Part shown: piece by piece, positions 55,647-64,000 of the stretch
Numbering within the stretch: position 1 is the first letter of the stretch
How the letters are laid out: every line of letters begins with the position of its first letter
Notes under the pieces: model-generated
Told to the model about the DNA's origin: nothing
Databases searched by the model: none
What the model saw: only the letters and a program-made list of their open reading frames with translations
Position numbers and translations under genes: made by a program
NCBI GenBank assembly: GCA_049975205.1
Contig: JBNGDL010000002.1
Coordinates: forward strand, 132,498 to 196,497
Source of the DNA: Anaerolineae bacterium
Lineage (GTDB): Bacteria; Chloroflexota; Anaerolineae; B4-G1; SLSP01
Direction of reading: 5' to 3'
Length of the DNA stretch: 64,000 nucleotides

Positions 55647-56687
55647 ATGAATCTGCAACGCTACATTCAACCTGTTGCGATGGCGTGGGCAGAGGCCCTC
55701 CAGCAAGTGAACCCGGTGTTGGAGTCTGATGACGTCCGCTCGGAAATCCAACGACTGACGGAGCGGATCCTAGTGTTGTTAGAAGAGGAACGGCTTGAGC
55801 CGGCGGCAGCCGAGGCCATCGGTATGCGGCTCGAGGAGCTGGACAGCTTCCAGCCGGGGGATCTCCAGGTGACGCAGGCTGCTCTCTTCGACGCCTTTGC
55901 CGAGCGACTGACACGGGCGGAATGGGAAAAACTGCAGCGAAAGGTTGCCTGTCTGCTCTTTTCCTTGGGCGCGGGCTTTTTTGCCGGCAAGGCTCAGCGG
56001 GCCAGTCGCTTCGAAATGGACGCGATGTCCAGGATGGGACACGACCTGAAGACGCCGGTCAACGCGATCACGGGCTTCTCCCGAGTCATCCTTAAAGGGA
56101 TCGATGGACCCATCACTGATTTCCAACGCGAGGACCTGATCTCTATCTATGAGGCGGGTCAGAAGCTCCTGGCAATGATCGATGACCTATTCTCAATTCG
56201 CAAGCTGGATGCGGCGCGGACCCTGATCTACAGCGCGCCCTTTGAGGTCTCCGACCTGCTTGCTGACGTGGTGCGGACCATCCAGCCTATGGTTGCTGAC
56301 GAGCACCGTGAGTTCGAGCTCCGGATGGCCGGAAGCCTGGGCACTATGTCGCTGGACGCATCCAGAGTGCGTTGGGTGTTGCTGGGCTTATTGAGTGCAA
56401 CCGTCCGGCACACGCGAAACGGCCTGATCCGCCTGGTCGTCAGCCGCGATGGCGACGATAGGAGCCGGATAAAGTTCGAAGTGATCCACCTCTCCCGCGG
56501 CGGGACTGCGTCCTTCACTGGCGTAAGCGGTCAGGAAATGACGGACGCCTCAATTTGGCAGGACGATATGGTGCTTGGGACCTGCCGCCGGTTCTGCGAG
56601 CAAATGGACGGCACCTTGGCGATGTCAGTGGAGGACGTTACCTCTTTCACCGTTCGCTTACCAGCTGACCCACAGAGGGCATTCTGA
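55647..56687 (+). CDS. Soluble histidine-kinase-like protein with intact HisKA but degenerate HATPase domain
   Basis: The H-box 'MSRMGHDLKTPVNAITGFSRVILKGIDGPITDFQREDL' is intact (His codon 56040-56042). The ATPase boxes are lost: the N box reads 'LLGLLSATVRHT', the G1 region reads 'EVIHLSRGG' and the G2 region reads 'DDMVLGTCR'. No TM segment is present. Confidence 0.7.
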   Translation: MNLQRYIQPVAMAWAEALQQVNPVLESDDVRSEIQRLTERILVLLEEERLEPAAAEAIGMRLEELDSFQPGDLQVTQAALFDAFAERLTRAEWEKLQRKVACLLFSLGAGFFAGKAQRASRFEMDAMSRMGHDLKTPVNAITGFSRVILKGIDGPITDFQREDLISIYEAGQKLLAMIDDLFSIRKLDAARTLIYSAPFEVSDLLADVVRTIQPMVADEHREFELRMAGSLGTMSLDASRVRWVLLGLLSATVRHTRNGLIRLVVSRDGDDRSRIKFEVIHLSRGGTASFTGVSGQEMTDASIWQDDMVLGTCRRFCEQMDGTLAMSVEDVTSFTVRLPADPQRAF

Positions 56688-56812
56688 GGAGCGCGTCCTC
56701 TGTCTGTGTCTGAGCACTAGATAACCCCACAACTGATTGGCCGCGGCCGCAACCTCGGCGTGCCTTCTGCGTAATACCTCGTAGGAAAACTGACAGGCAG
56801 AAGGAGTCTGGC

Positions 56813-57166
56813 ATGAAGACTAACATAAAAGTACTTGGGTGGCTGCATATCGTCTTTGGGATCCTCGGCGTCTTGCTAGGTTTGGTGGTCTTGCTGATTC
56901 TGATGGGGGTTGGGTGGGCGGTCCCTGAGAGAGACGCCACCGCCATCTTATTCATCGTGGGCATCGTGGTGATGGTCTTTGCGGCCCTCGTGAGTGCGCC
57001 GGGCATCGTCGTGGGCATTGGTCTCCTCCAGTACAGATCGTGGGCTCGGGTGCTTGCCCTGGTGCTGGCATTTCTGAACCTGCCCAACTTCCCTCTTGGG
57101 ACTATCCTGGGTGTCTATACGTTGGTTTCGTTGCTTAACTCCGACGTGGAAGGGCTCTTCTCCTAG
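56813..57166 (+). CDS. Small membrane protein, 4 predicted TM helices, unknown function
   Basis: RBS GAAGGAG is present. There are four hydrophobic stretches in 117 aa. A terminator hairpin lies downstream. Confidence 0.55.
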   Translation: MKTNIKVLGWLHIVFGILGVLLGLVVLLILMGVGWAVPERDATAILFIVGIVVMVFAALVSAPGIVVGIGLLQYRSWARVLALVLAFLNLPNFPLGTILGVYTLVSLLNSDVEGLFS

Positions 57167-57189
57167 CCAGCCGCGCGACGTCCAAACGA

Positions 57190-57221
57190 CAAGACCCCCG
57201 ACAGCATAGTCGGGGGTCTTG
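57190..57221. terminator. Hairpin between convergent genes
   Basis: CAAGACCCCCGAC (57190-57202) pairs with GTCGGGGGTCTTG (57209-57221). Confidence 0.65.
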
Positions 57222-57261
57222 CTATTGGGCCGTGCCTGAATGACCCCCGAAGGCCTGGCTT

Positions 57262-58476
57262 CTAGGCGTGGTTGTAAGCTTCGAGCGGCAAGAGCTGGGT
57301 ATCGACCAGCTTTCCCGAAGCGGAGGTTGCACTCAAGTCCAGCACGCCTCCGTCCGCAAAGTAGGGGAAGTCGAAGTGGACGGGATCTCCAGCCTTCTTG
57401 CCGGGAAGCGGCATCAACCGCGCGGTCAAAGGTTTGTTTAGCCTCACTGAGAGCGCGGCGACGTCGAAGAGCAGCGCGCTTAGGGCTTCCTCGCTCACGT
57501 CGCCGGGCAGGGGCACCGTGTCGAGACCGGTGCCGCAGACTGCCGACCAGACCAGCAGATCGTGAATATGCAGGCGTCCCTCGGCAGCCCGCTGTGCCAG
57601 TATGTTATCTTCGAGGACAGGCATCATAAGGCCACAGAACCCTGTTTGAGCGAAGGCTACGCTCTGGACAGCGTGGGTCAGCGCTGCCGCTGCGGCTAGT
57701 GTCCCCGCATCTCCCAGCATTCCTCCCGCGAGCGTCTCAAGTGCCGCACCGATACTCACGTCGGGATCCGGAAAGGGTGCAGGAGAGAAATCGATACCGC
57801 CAAACCGCAGCCCTTGGGCCTGACCGACTGCCTCGCCGATCCTTTGGATGTTCCCCGCGTGGGACTGAACGAGGGCTGAGAAACGCTTGCAGGCATGGGC
57901 GGCGTCTCTGGCACCTCGACATGCGCTCAGGGCCAGATCTGCGGACTGTGTGGCGATGGCAAAGGCGGGTTCATCGCCAAGCCAGTAAGCCGCGGGGAAG
58001 AAAGGAGTCCCTGGCTTGACGTTGGCCAAGGCCGCGAACCGGAGATTGCCGAAGCCATCCTCGATCTCCGCGGCACGACGGATGATCGCAGCACACTCGC
58101 GAATGCTTGCACCGTCAATATTGCCGCTGCCCGGCTCGACGATGTGGGTGGTCGCGAAGACGCCGTTGGTTGCCTTGAGGATGTCGGGCAACCAACCGCG
58201 TGTCCCGGGCCAGGCGGACCCCAGGGATAGATACTCAAACCCTGCGGATTGGCAGCTCGATTCCAGATCGCCGATAAGGGCAACCGCTTCGGTCCTACCC
58301 CCGTAGCGCAGAAGTGCGGGAAAGAGACTGGTGGCTAGCCTGACAGTTTGGACTTCGTAACCTTCTGAGGTAAAGGTCTCTGCTGCGATTCTCGCCGCCT
58401 CTCCTAGCTGCTCGATGTGCCGCATGTTGACGGGCACCTCTAGCTTTGCGAACAGTGTGATTGACCGAATCTTCAT
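57262..58476 (-). CDS. UPF0210/DUF711 family protein
   Basis: I place the start at ATG 58476 (MKIRSITLF...), preceded by AGGAGGAG. The N-terminal 'MKIRxITL' and the ~400-aa size fit my memory of DUF711. The function is unknown. Confidence 0.55.
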   Translation of the reverse strand: MKIRSITLFAKLEVPVNMRHIEQLGEAARIAAETFTSEGYEVQTVRLATSLFPALLRYGGRTEAVALIGDLESSCQSAGFEYLSLGSAWPGTRGWLPDILKATNGVFATTHIVEPGSGNIDGASIRECAAIIRRAAEIEDGFGNLRFAALANVKPGTPFFPAAYWLGDEPAFAIATQSADLALSACRGARDAAHACKRFSALVQSHAGNIQRIGEAVGQAQGLRFGGIDFSPAPFPDPDVSIGAALETLAGGMLGDAGTLAAAAALTHAVQSVAFAQTGFCGLMMPVLEDNILAQRAAEGRLHIHDLLVWSAVCGTGLDTVPLPGDVSEEALSALLFDVAALSVRLNKPLTARLMPLPGKKAGDPVHFDFPYFADGGVLDLSATSASGKLVDTQLLPLEAYNHA

Positions 58477-58754
58477 TGTGGTATCTCCTCCTGCACTCCC
58501 TTTTCGAGAAGCCTCTCGCATCGTCAGGGGGCTGAACATCGGTGCGCGGCATAGATTGGCTCCATCCAGCGATTATAGACGTTTCTCGTGTCGTGACGAT
58601 TTGAGCGTAAAGCCGATGCATACTATTATCACAGGAGAGCGATTGCGGTGTTTTCGGGTCTAGGGTATAGTAGGTGTCAACCTCGACAGGCAGAGGTCCT
58701 ACGGTGTGCCTGCGCTTGTGTATCCGGCTTTTCTAGTTCTCGAAGGGGGTAGTT

Positions 58755-59408
58755 ATGCCAGTGATCACGATTTCTCGGGAGTATGGCAGTGGAGGCGTCG
58801 AGGTTGCTGAGCGCCTTTGCGACGTCCTGGGGTACACGTATTTCGATAAGAACTTGATGGCGCAGGTGGCTGCCGAGATGGGGGTTTCTGAGGAGGAAGT
58901 GGTGGATTTCTCGGAGGATACCTATCGGATGCGGGGCTTCCTGGAGCGCCTCTTTGGCCGTCGCCGGTTGAGGTCCGAGGCCGGTTTCAGTGGGACCGCG
59001 AAGTCTTCCCTACGCGTCGAGACACTGAGTGAAGCCGAGGGGATCAACCTCGTCCGGGACACGATCCTTGCCGCTTACGACCGGGACAATGTCGTCATTG
59101 TTGGGCGCGGTGGACAAGCGATCCTGCGCGAGAAGCCCGGCGTGCTGCATGTGCGGCTGAATGCCCCCTTAGGGGCGCGCGCGCTGCGGGTCAAGGAGCG
59201 TGAGGATACCTCGCTGGCCGAGGCGACGGAAATGACCAAGAACAAGGATCAGGCAGCCATCGCCTATCTCGAGCGGTTCTTTGAAGTCGATTGGGATAAC
59301 CCGATGCTGTATCACATCATCCTCAACACAGGCAAGTGGGAGCTGGCAAGCGTTACGGATATTCTCATCGCCGCGCTCACGAATCTGAAGGTCGTCTCTG
59401 AGATCTGA
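58755..59408 (+). CDS. Cytidylate kinase-like family protein (P-loop-less 'ISREYGSGG' type)
   Basis: 'VITISREYGSGGVEVAERLCDVLGYTYFDKNLM' and 'VIVGRGG' are present. Confidence 0.6.
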   Translation: MPVITISREYGSGGVEVAERLCDVLGYTYFDKNLMAQVAAEMGVSEEEVVDFSEDTYRMRGFLERLFGRRRLRSEAGFSGTAKSSLRVETLSEAEGINLVRDTILAAYDRDNVVIVGRGGQAILREKPGVLHVRLNAPLGARALRVKEREDTSLAEATEMTKNKDQAAIAYLERFFEVDWDNPMLYHIILNTGKWELASVTDILIAALTNLKVVSEI

Positions 59409-59467
59409 CGCCGGCGAGAGTGGGCTCCTGAGAACTGTCTGCGGGGCCCAATCGCCTGATCTGTAAG

Positions 59468-60646
59468 TCAGGTGAGGGGGCTCAGAGCTTGGTCGAGGTC
59501 GTCAATGATATCGTCGGCATCCTCCAGGCCGACGGCGAACCGAACCAGCCCATCGGTGATGCCTGCATCCAGGCGAGCCTCGCGCGGCACGCTGTGGTGC
59601 GTCGTGCTGGCTGGGTGTGTGATCAGGGTCCGTACGTCACCAAGGCTGACCGTTCTGGCGCAGAGTTGAACTCTATCTAGCAGCCGGGCGCCGGCCTCGA
59701 CCCCTCCCTTTAACTCGAAGACCACGACACCGCCGCCGCCTCCCGGCATTTGGCGTTGGGCCAACGCGTACTGTGGGTGGCTCGGATGCCACGGATAACG
59801 GACCTGAGAGATGGCGGGGTGGTGGGTGAGCCATTCAGCTATCCGAAGCGCATTGCCGTTGTGGCGTGCCATCCGAAGGGGGAGGGTGGTAATGCCTCGG
59901 GCGATGAGCCAGGCGTTGAAGGGGCTGATGCAGCCCCCGAATCGGCGGATGGGTCCTTTGAGCACTTGGTCGGTGAAGGCGCGAGATCCCGCGACGGCGC
60001 CGCCGAGCGCGTCGCCATGACCTCCCAGGTACTTGGTGGCAGAATGGATCACGACGTCAATGCCCAGGTCGACGGGGCGCTGGTTGATGGGTGTGGCAAA
60101 GGTGTTATCCAGCATAGTGAGGATCACATGTGACTTGGCCAAGCTGGCGATCGCGGCAACGTCGTTCATGAGGAGGGCTGGGTTACCCGGCGATTCCAGA
60201 TAGATGACTCGGGTGTCGGGCCTGATAGCGGCCTCGAATGCCTGAGTATCCGTGGCCTCGACGATCGTGGTGTCGATGCCGTACCGCGGTAGGTCCTCGA
60301 TGACGACGTGGTAAGTGCCGCTGTACAGCCCGGTGGTAGCAATGAGATGATCGCCGGCTTTGAGCGCGGCCAAGAGGGCGGCGGTCACGGCAGCCATACC
60401 GGAAGCCGTGGCCACGGCGGCCTCGGCATTCTCCAGCGCCGCGATCTTCTGCTCCATCACCCTTGTCGTGGGGTTGCCCCAGCGCGTGTAGATAGGTCGA
60501 TGTTCTTGCTCAAAGGCCGCGGCAGCTTCCTCGGCGCTCTCGAAGATATAGGTATTCGCCATATGGATGGGGGGCGATACATCTTGAGGCTCGATCTCCA
60601 TCCCAACATGAATCGCCTTTGTGTGTAGTCCCCAGGAATTCTTCAT
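59468..60646 (-). CDS. PLP-dependent Cys/Met metabolism enzyme (cystathionine gamma-synthase / O-acylhomoserine sulfhydrylase / Met gamma-lyase family)
   Basis: 'YTRWGNPT' is present. 'HSATKYLGGHGD' carries the PLP Lys. 'HPASTTH' lies near the C-terminus. Confidence 0.8.
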   Translation of the reverse strand: MKNSWGLHTKAIHVGMEIEPQDVSPPIHMANTYIFESAEEAAAAFEQEHRPIYTRWGNPTTRVMEQKIAALENAEAAVATASGMAAVTAALLAALKAGDHLIATTGLYSGTYHVVIEDLPRYGIDTTIVEATDTQAFEAAIRPDTRVIYLESPGNPALLMNDVAAIASLAKSHVILTMLDNTFATPINQRPVDLGIDVVIHSATKYLGGHGDALGGAVAGSRAFTDQVLKGPIRRFGGCISPFNAWLIARGITTLPLRMARHNGNALRIAEWLTHHPAISQVRYPWHPSHPQYALAQRQMPGGGGGVVVFELKGGVEAGARLLDRVQLCARTVSLGDVRTLITHPASTTHHSVPREARLDAGITDGLVRFAVGLEDADDIIDDLDQALSPLT

Positions 60647-60800
60647 ACAATCACCTCGTTACCACCACATTCCGATTGCCTGAAGTGTATCATAGCTGTC
60701 CAGCTATCCAACTGGAGTGAAAGGAACTTTTTGGGCTTGGAAATCGTCTCGCATGGTAGAATGTGCTAGACTTAGTCAACAGGTTCGTTAGGAGGCGACT

Positions 60801-61283
60801 ATGAGACGCTGGATGATCGTGTTTTTACTTGTGTCCATCTTTGCACTGGTGGGGTGCGGCGTGTTGCCTGACTCCGCTCCCGAGGCGCCGAGCCCAGAGC
60901 TTCTGACGCCCATCGCCGAGGTCCGGGGTGGTATCGAGGGCACGTTTACCATTCGGATGGGCATCGCCAATAACTCCAGTCGGGAGATCCGAGAGAGTGA
61001 GGACTTCGAGGGACGCTGGCAGCTTCTCGACGCCTCGGGCGCTGTCCGCGCAGCCGGGCATGTCTATCACCTCGGATCCCTTGGGCCGGAGGAGTCGAGA
61101 TACCCGCTTGCCTGGGAGTCAGAGTTAGAACCAGGGTCGTACACACTGCTGTGGGGCGCGCCCTCCATCGGTTCTGTGGTTGTAGAGTTCGAGGCAGAGG
61201 TCAGCAATGGTGCGGCCAACGTACAGGGTATGACTTCGGCCCCGAGTGACGACTTCCCGCCGGGAGATGGCTTCGTGGAGTAG
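60801..61283 (+). CDS. Small lipoprotein, unknown function
   Basis: The signal peptide has a lipobox ('MRRWMIVFLLVSIFALVG-C-G'). RBS AGGAGG is present. A strong terminator follows. Confidence 0.6.
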   Translation: MRRWMIVFLLVSIFALVGCGVLPDSAPEAPSPELLTPIAEVRGGIEGTFTIRMGIANNSSREIRESEDFEGRWQLLDASGAVRAAGHVYHLGSLGPEESRYPLAWESELEPGSYTLLWGAPSIGSVVVEFEAEVSNGAANVQGMTSAPSDDFPPGDGFVE

Positions 61284-61312
61284 TTCGAATCGACTCTCCT
61301 GGCTCGCTGCAT

Positions 61313-61355
61313 CCAGACGTCCCCCGTCTTCCGGCGGGGGACGTCTGGTGTTTTC
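61313..61355 (+). terminator. Rho-independent terminator
   Basis: CCAGACGTCCCCCG (61313-61326) pairs with CGGGGGACGTCTGG (61335-61348). The hairpin is followed by TGTTTTC. Confidence 0.8.
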
Positions 61356-61484
61356 GAGTGTCATGGGTTGCTAGAACGTTCATCATAGGTAGAATCCAGA
61401 GACGTGGATTTCACCGATAAGCTCGAGTTAGGCCTTGTCGTGGCGCAGCAGCCCGCAGGGCGAACGAATCTTGACGGAGTGACG

Positions 61485-64000
61485 ATGACGGACTCTGCAC
61501 AGACCTCCCCTGCTCGCCGGTCGCGTGTGGATGGCTGGAAGATCGCGCTTGTTGTGATCTTGATCCTGGCCATCTTCACGCGCCTGGTCGCTTTGGGCGA
61601 CCGCGCGGTCAGCCATGACGAGACAACGCATGCGAAGTACAGCTGGAACCTCTACTCAGGGCGTGGCTTTAGGCACGATCCGCTGATGCACGGGCCACTT
61701 CTATTCGAGGCGACGGCGCTCTTCTATGCGCTCTTCGGCGTCAGTGATTTTTCGGCGCGGCTCTACACGGCGTTGACCGGGATTGCATTGGTGATGGTCC
61801 CATGGCTCTTTCGCCGCTGGTTGGGACGTCTTGGGTCGCTGCTGGCCTCAGTCATGCTGTTGATCTCCCCGTCGATCGCGTACTACTCCCGCTACACCCG
61901 CCACGACATCCCGATCATTCTGTTCAGCACGCTGCTGCTCTGGGCAGTACTGCGATATCTCGAAGAGGGAAAGGTGCGGTGGCTGGGATGGACGGGCATC
62001 TTCTTCGCGCTGATGTATGCCACCAAGGAGAACGCCTACATCTACACGGCCATCTTCGCGGGTCTCATGGCGTTGCCGTTGATCTGGCAAATGCTCCAAG
62101 TCCGATGGGAGCGCCCTAAGTTGATTCCGGTGCTCGTGGCAATCCTCGTTTTCGTGTTGGTCGCAGGCAGCGTCTTCGTCCTCGCACTACGTAGCGCGGA
62201 GGTGACTCCCGAGGGAGAGGGGAATACGATCTCGAGTGCGATCGTGCCTCTGTGGGGGCGGGCGGCGCTGGGTTTTGCCTTTCTCGCGGCACTTGCGCTG
62301 ATCATTATGGTCACGCGCGCGGTAGGTGAAGTTCAGATGCGAAGGTTCAGGCTCTTCGACGTATTGCTGGTTCTCGGGAGCTTCACACTTCCTCTGGGAT
62401 CAGCCCTGTTGATGAACCTCGCCGCGGGCGTGGATATGTCGGTGTTCTATCCTGCGCTTATGTCGCGAGACTTCTCGGCGGTGCCGACGGGATCCGTCTT
62501 TGCGGCTGCTGCTACACTTGTGCTGCTGATTGGCGTAGGCGTCGCTCTAGGCCTCTGGTGGGACACGCGACGGTGGCCCACCATCGCGATCATTCACTAC
62601 GGTGTCTTCTTCGTGCTCTACAGCACGCTCTTCACCTATGGCTGGGGTGGTGTCACCGGACTGGTGGGCGGGTTGGCCTACTGGATTGCACAACAAGGCG
62701 TCGAGCGCGGCAACCAGCCTTGGTACTACTATGGCATCGTCGGACCGCTCTATGAGTATGCACCGATCCTGATCTCAATGGTTGGCGCTGTTTGGCTGGG
62801 CGTACGAGGTCTTGTGGGTCGGCAGCCCAGAGTCCCGGATGACCCCGATGGCGATGAGGACGCTGTTTGGCTTCGCGTCCGTGCCGCCATTCCGCATCTA
62901 CTCGCTGGTTTCCTCTTTTTGTGGGCCCTGCTGTCCTGGGTCGCCTACGCAGTTGCCGGCGAGAAGATGCCCTGGCTTTTCGTCCACATTGCCTATCCCC
63001 ATATTCTGTTGGCCGCTCTCGTTCTCGGTCGTGCCTTCCACGGTCTCTCTGTGCGATCCTTGGTCGAGGATCGCGCCTGGTTGGTGCCCGTGTCGCTGCT
63101 ATTCCTTGCTTTGGCCTGGGTGGCCTTTACGCAGTCATCCGGATCCCTTCGGCAGATTCTTGAGCAGAGTGGGGCCGGCGAGCAGTTGGCTCTCACCATC
63201 ACGCAGCTACAGCCGTTGGGACGGACCGTGGGTGGGGCAGTTGGCGTCCTGCTCTTCGCCGGGCTCTTGGTCGTGGGTGTCTCCTCGTTGACGGTTGAGC
63301 ACAGCTTGCGGTTGATTGCTCTCACAGGGGTCCTGCTGTTGGGCGGCCTGACGACGCGGACGATGATTATGCTGAACTACATCAATGATGAGCTGGCGAA
63401 GGAGTATATCGTCTACGCTCACAGCACGCCAGACGTATCGATGGTCCTGGATCAACTGGAAGCGTTGTCCTGGCGCCTGACAGGTACACCGGATCAACTC
63501 AGGGTCGCCTATGGAAGCGAGGTCGCTTGGCCTTTCTATTGGTATATGGACACCCAGTATCCTAACAATTACTATTTTGTGGAGCCGGAGCCGGATCGGC
63601 TCCTCGAGTCGCCCGTCATTCTGGCTGCCAGCTCAGAATGGTCTCGCGTCGAGGCCATCATCGGCGACCAATACGATGCTTTCGACTATAAGCACATCTG
63701 GTGGCCAGTCGAGGACTATAAGGACCTCACTTGGGATCGCATCAGGTACGTAGTGACTAACGCTGAGTGGCGAAGAGCCCTGTGGGACATTGCCTGGGCT
63801 CGCGATTATGCACGCTATGCTAGGCTAAAGAATCCCACCGATCCTTTCACGCTGAAGACCTGGCCCCATCGCCTCGAGTTCCGGCTCTATCTGCGTCGAG
63901 ACCTCGTTGAGCTGGTGTGGGACTACCGGTTACAGGAGGGGCGGATCGTACAGGGTGGTGGGGATGGGAGCCCCGGCACGGAGGCGGATCCCTTTTCGGA
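61485..64000 (+). CDS. TIGR03663-like / GT39-related polytopic membrane protein, 3' end cut by window edge (not in the supplied ORF track because it has no stop)
   Basis: My own translation from ATG 61485 stays open to base 64000. It begins MTDSAQTSPARRSRVDGWKIALVVILILAIFTRLVALGDRAVSHDETTHAKYSWNLYSGRGFRHDPLMHGPLLF and later reads YWIAQQGVERGNQPWYYYGIVGPLYEY. The 'SHDE' loop and the 'QPWYYY' string fit my memory of the TIGR03663 family. The short ORFs listed at 61802-63497 are off-frame or antisense to it. Confidence 0.65.
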   Translation, partial: MTDSAQTSPARRSRVDGWKIALVVILILAIFTRLVALGDRAVSHDETTHAKYSWNLYSGRGFRHDPLMHGPLLFEATALFYALFGVSDFSARLYTALTGIALVMVPWLFRRWLGRLGSLLASVMLLISPSIAYYSRYTRHDIPIILFSTLLLWAVLRYLEEGKVRWLGWTGIFFALMYATKENAYIYTAIFAGLMALPLIWQMLQVRWERPKLIPVLVAILVFVLVAGSVFVLALRSAEVTPEGEGNTISSAIVPLWGRAALGFAFLAALALIIMVTRAVGEVQMRRFRLFDVLLVLGSFTLPLGSALLMNLAAGVDMSVFYPALMSRDFSAVPTGSVFAAAATLVLLIGVGVALGLWWDTRRWPTIAIIHYGVFFVLYSTLFTYGWGGVTGLVGGLAYWIAQQGVERGNQPWYYYGIVGPLYEYAPILISMVGAVWLGVRGLVGRQPRVPDDPDGDEDAVWLRVRAAIPHLLAGFLFLWALLSWVAYAVAGEKMPWLFVHIAYPHILLAALVLGRAFHGLSVRSLVEDRAWLVPVSLLFLALAWVAFTQSSGSLRQILEQSGAGEQLALTITQLQPLGRTVGGAVGVLLFAGLLVVGVSSLTVEHSLRLIALTGVLLLGGLTTRTMIMLNYINDELAKEYIVYAHSTPDVSMVLDQLEALSWRLTGTPDQLRVAYGSEVAWPFYWYMDTQYPNNYYFVEPEPDRLLESPVILAASSEWSRVEAIIGDQYDAFDYKHIWWPVEDYKDLTWDRIRYVVTNAEWRRALWDIAWARDYARYARLKNPTDPFTLKTWPHRLEFRLYLRRDLVELVWDYRLQEGRIVQGGGDGSPGTEADPFS

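Noticed and set aside
56688-56720. Small hairpin GAGGA-GCGCG-TCCTC after the orphan kinase-like gene as a terminator
   Set aside because: The stem is only 5 bp and there is no U-tract. That is too weak to call.
60647-60800. SAM riboswitch upstream of the Cys/Met PLP enzyme gene
   Set aside because: The region is short and shared with a divergent promoter. I could not draw the four-helix junction or find conserved SAM-I strings. Only a simple palindrome is present, and it is reported separately.
61802-63497. Listed short ORFs (61802-62119, 62558-62755, 62782-63291, 62867-63163 and antisense ones) in the last 2.5 kb
   Set aside because: All are off-frame or antisense to a single long open frame from ATG 61485 that runs off the window and has clear GT39/TIGR03663-like membrane protein features.

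Overview
The window is high-GC bacterial chromosome. By eye there are about 38 protein genes and no rRNA, tRNA, CRISPR array, transposase or integrase. All domain and family calls come from reading motifs in the supplied translations. No HMM or BLAST search was possible, so family names are best guesses. The gene content suggests a Chloroflexota-like organism, but this is inference only. That content includes several GT-C type envelope glycosyltransferase-like membrane proteins, among them a TIGR03663-like one, isopentenyl phosphate kinase next to mevalonate kinase, an archaeal-type ProRS, and extremely GAF-rich sensors.

The dominant feature is a ~26 kb block of 11 co-directional genes on the + strand (2625-28755). 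It starts with two single-domain receiver proteins and a Cache/HAMP/GAF histidine kinase. Five transmembrane S-helix/GAF proteins with no recognisable output domain follow. Next comes a solute-binding lipoprotein whose start and stop both overlap the neighbouring genes by 8 bp. After it sits a sixth output-less sensor of 1494 aa. The block ends with a 2194-aa cytoplasmic PAS-(GAF x ~9)-HisKA-HATPase-REC-REC hybrid kinase. I count about 28 GAF-like units, two kinase cores, four receiver domains and no effector domain. The six output-less proteins all end in the same ~45-aa half-GAF tail.

The rest of the window is as follows:
- 28.9-34.6 kb: a monocistronic ferredoxin, a PHP metallohydrolase, a mini-PPase-like protein, queA, a GH1 beta-glucosidase and a URO-D family protein.
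- 34.6-42.9 kb: a 5-gene minus-strand operon of ubiA-type prenyl-phosphate phosphoribosyltransferase-like, mvk, ipk, GT39 and a PTPS-related giant membrane protein.
- 43.4-47.8 kb: rpoC without an adjacent rpoB, behind a 500-nt leader with tandem promoters and nested hairpins.
- 48.0-50.4 kb: an ECF sigma, an anti-sigma and a beta-helix membrane protein triad.
- 50.6-61.3 kb: a ThiF/MoeB E1-like protein, proS, a metallophosphoesterase, a MazG-like protein, pepA, an orphan histidine kinase with a degenerate ATPase domain, and housekeeping genes.
- 61.5-64.0 kb: a 3'-truncated TIGR03663-like membrane protein.
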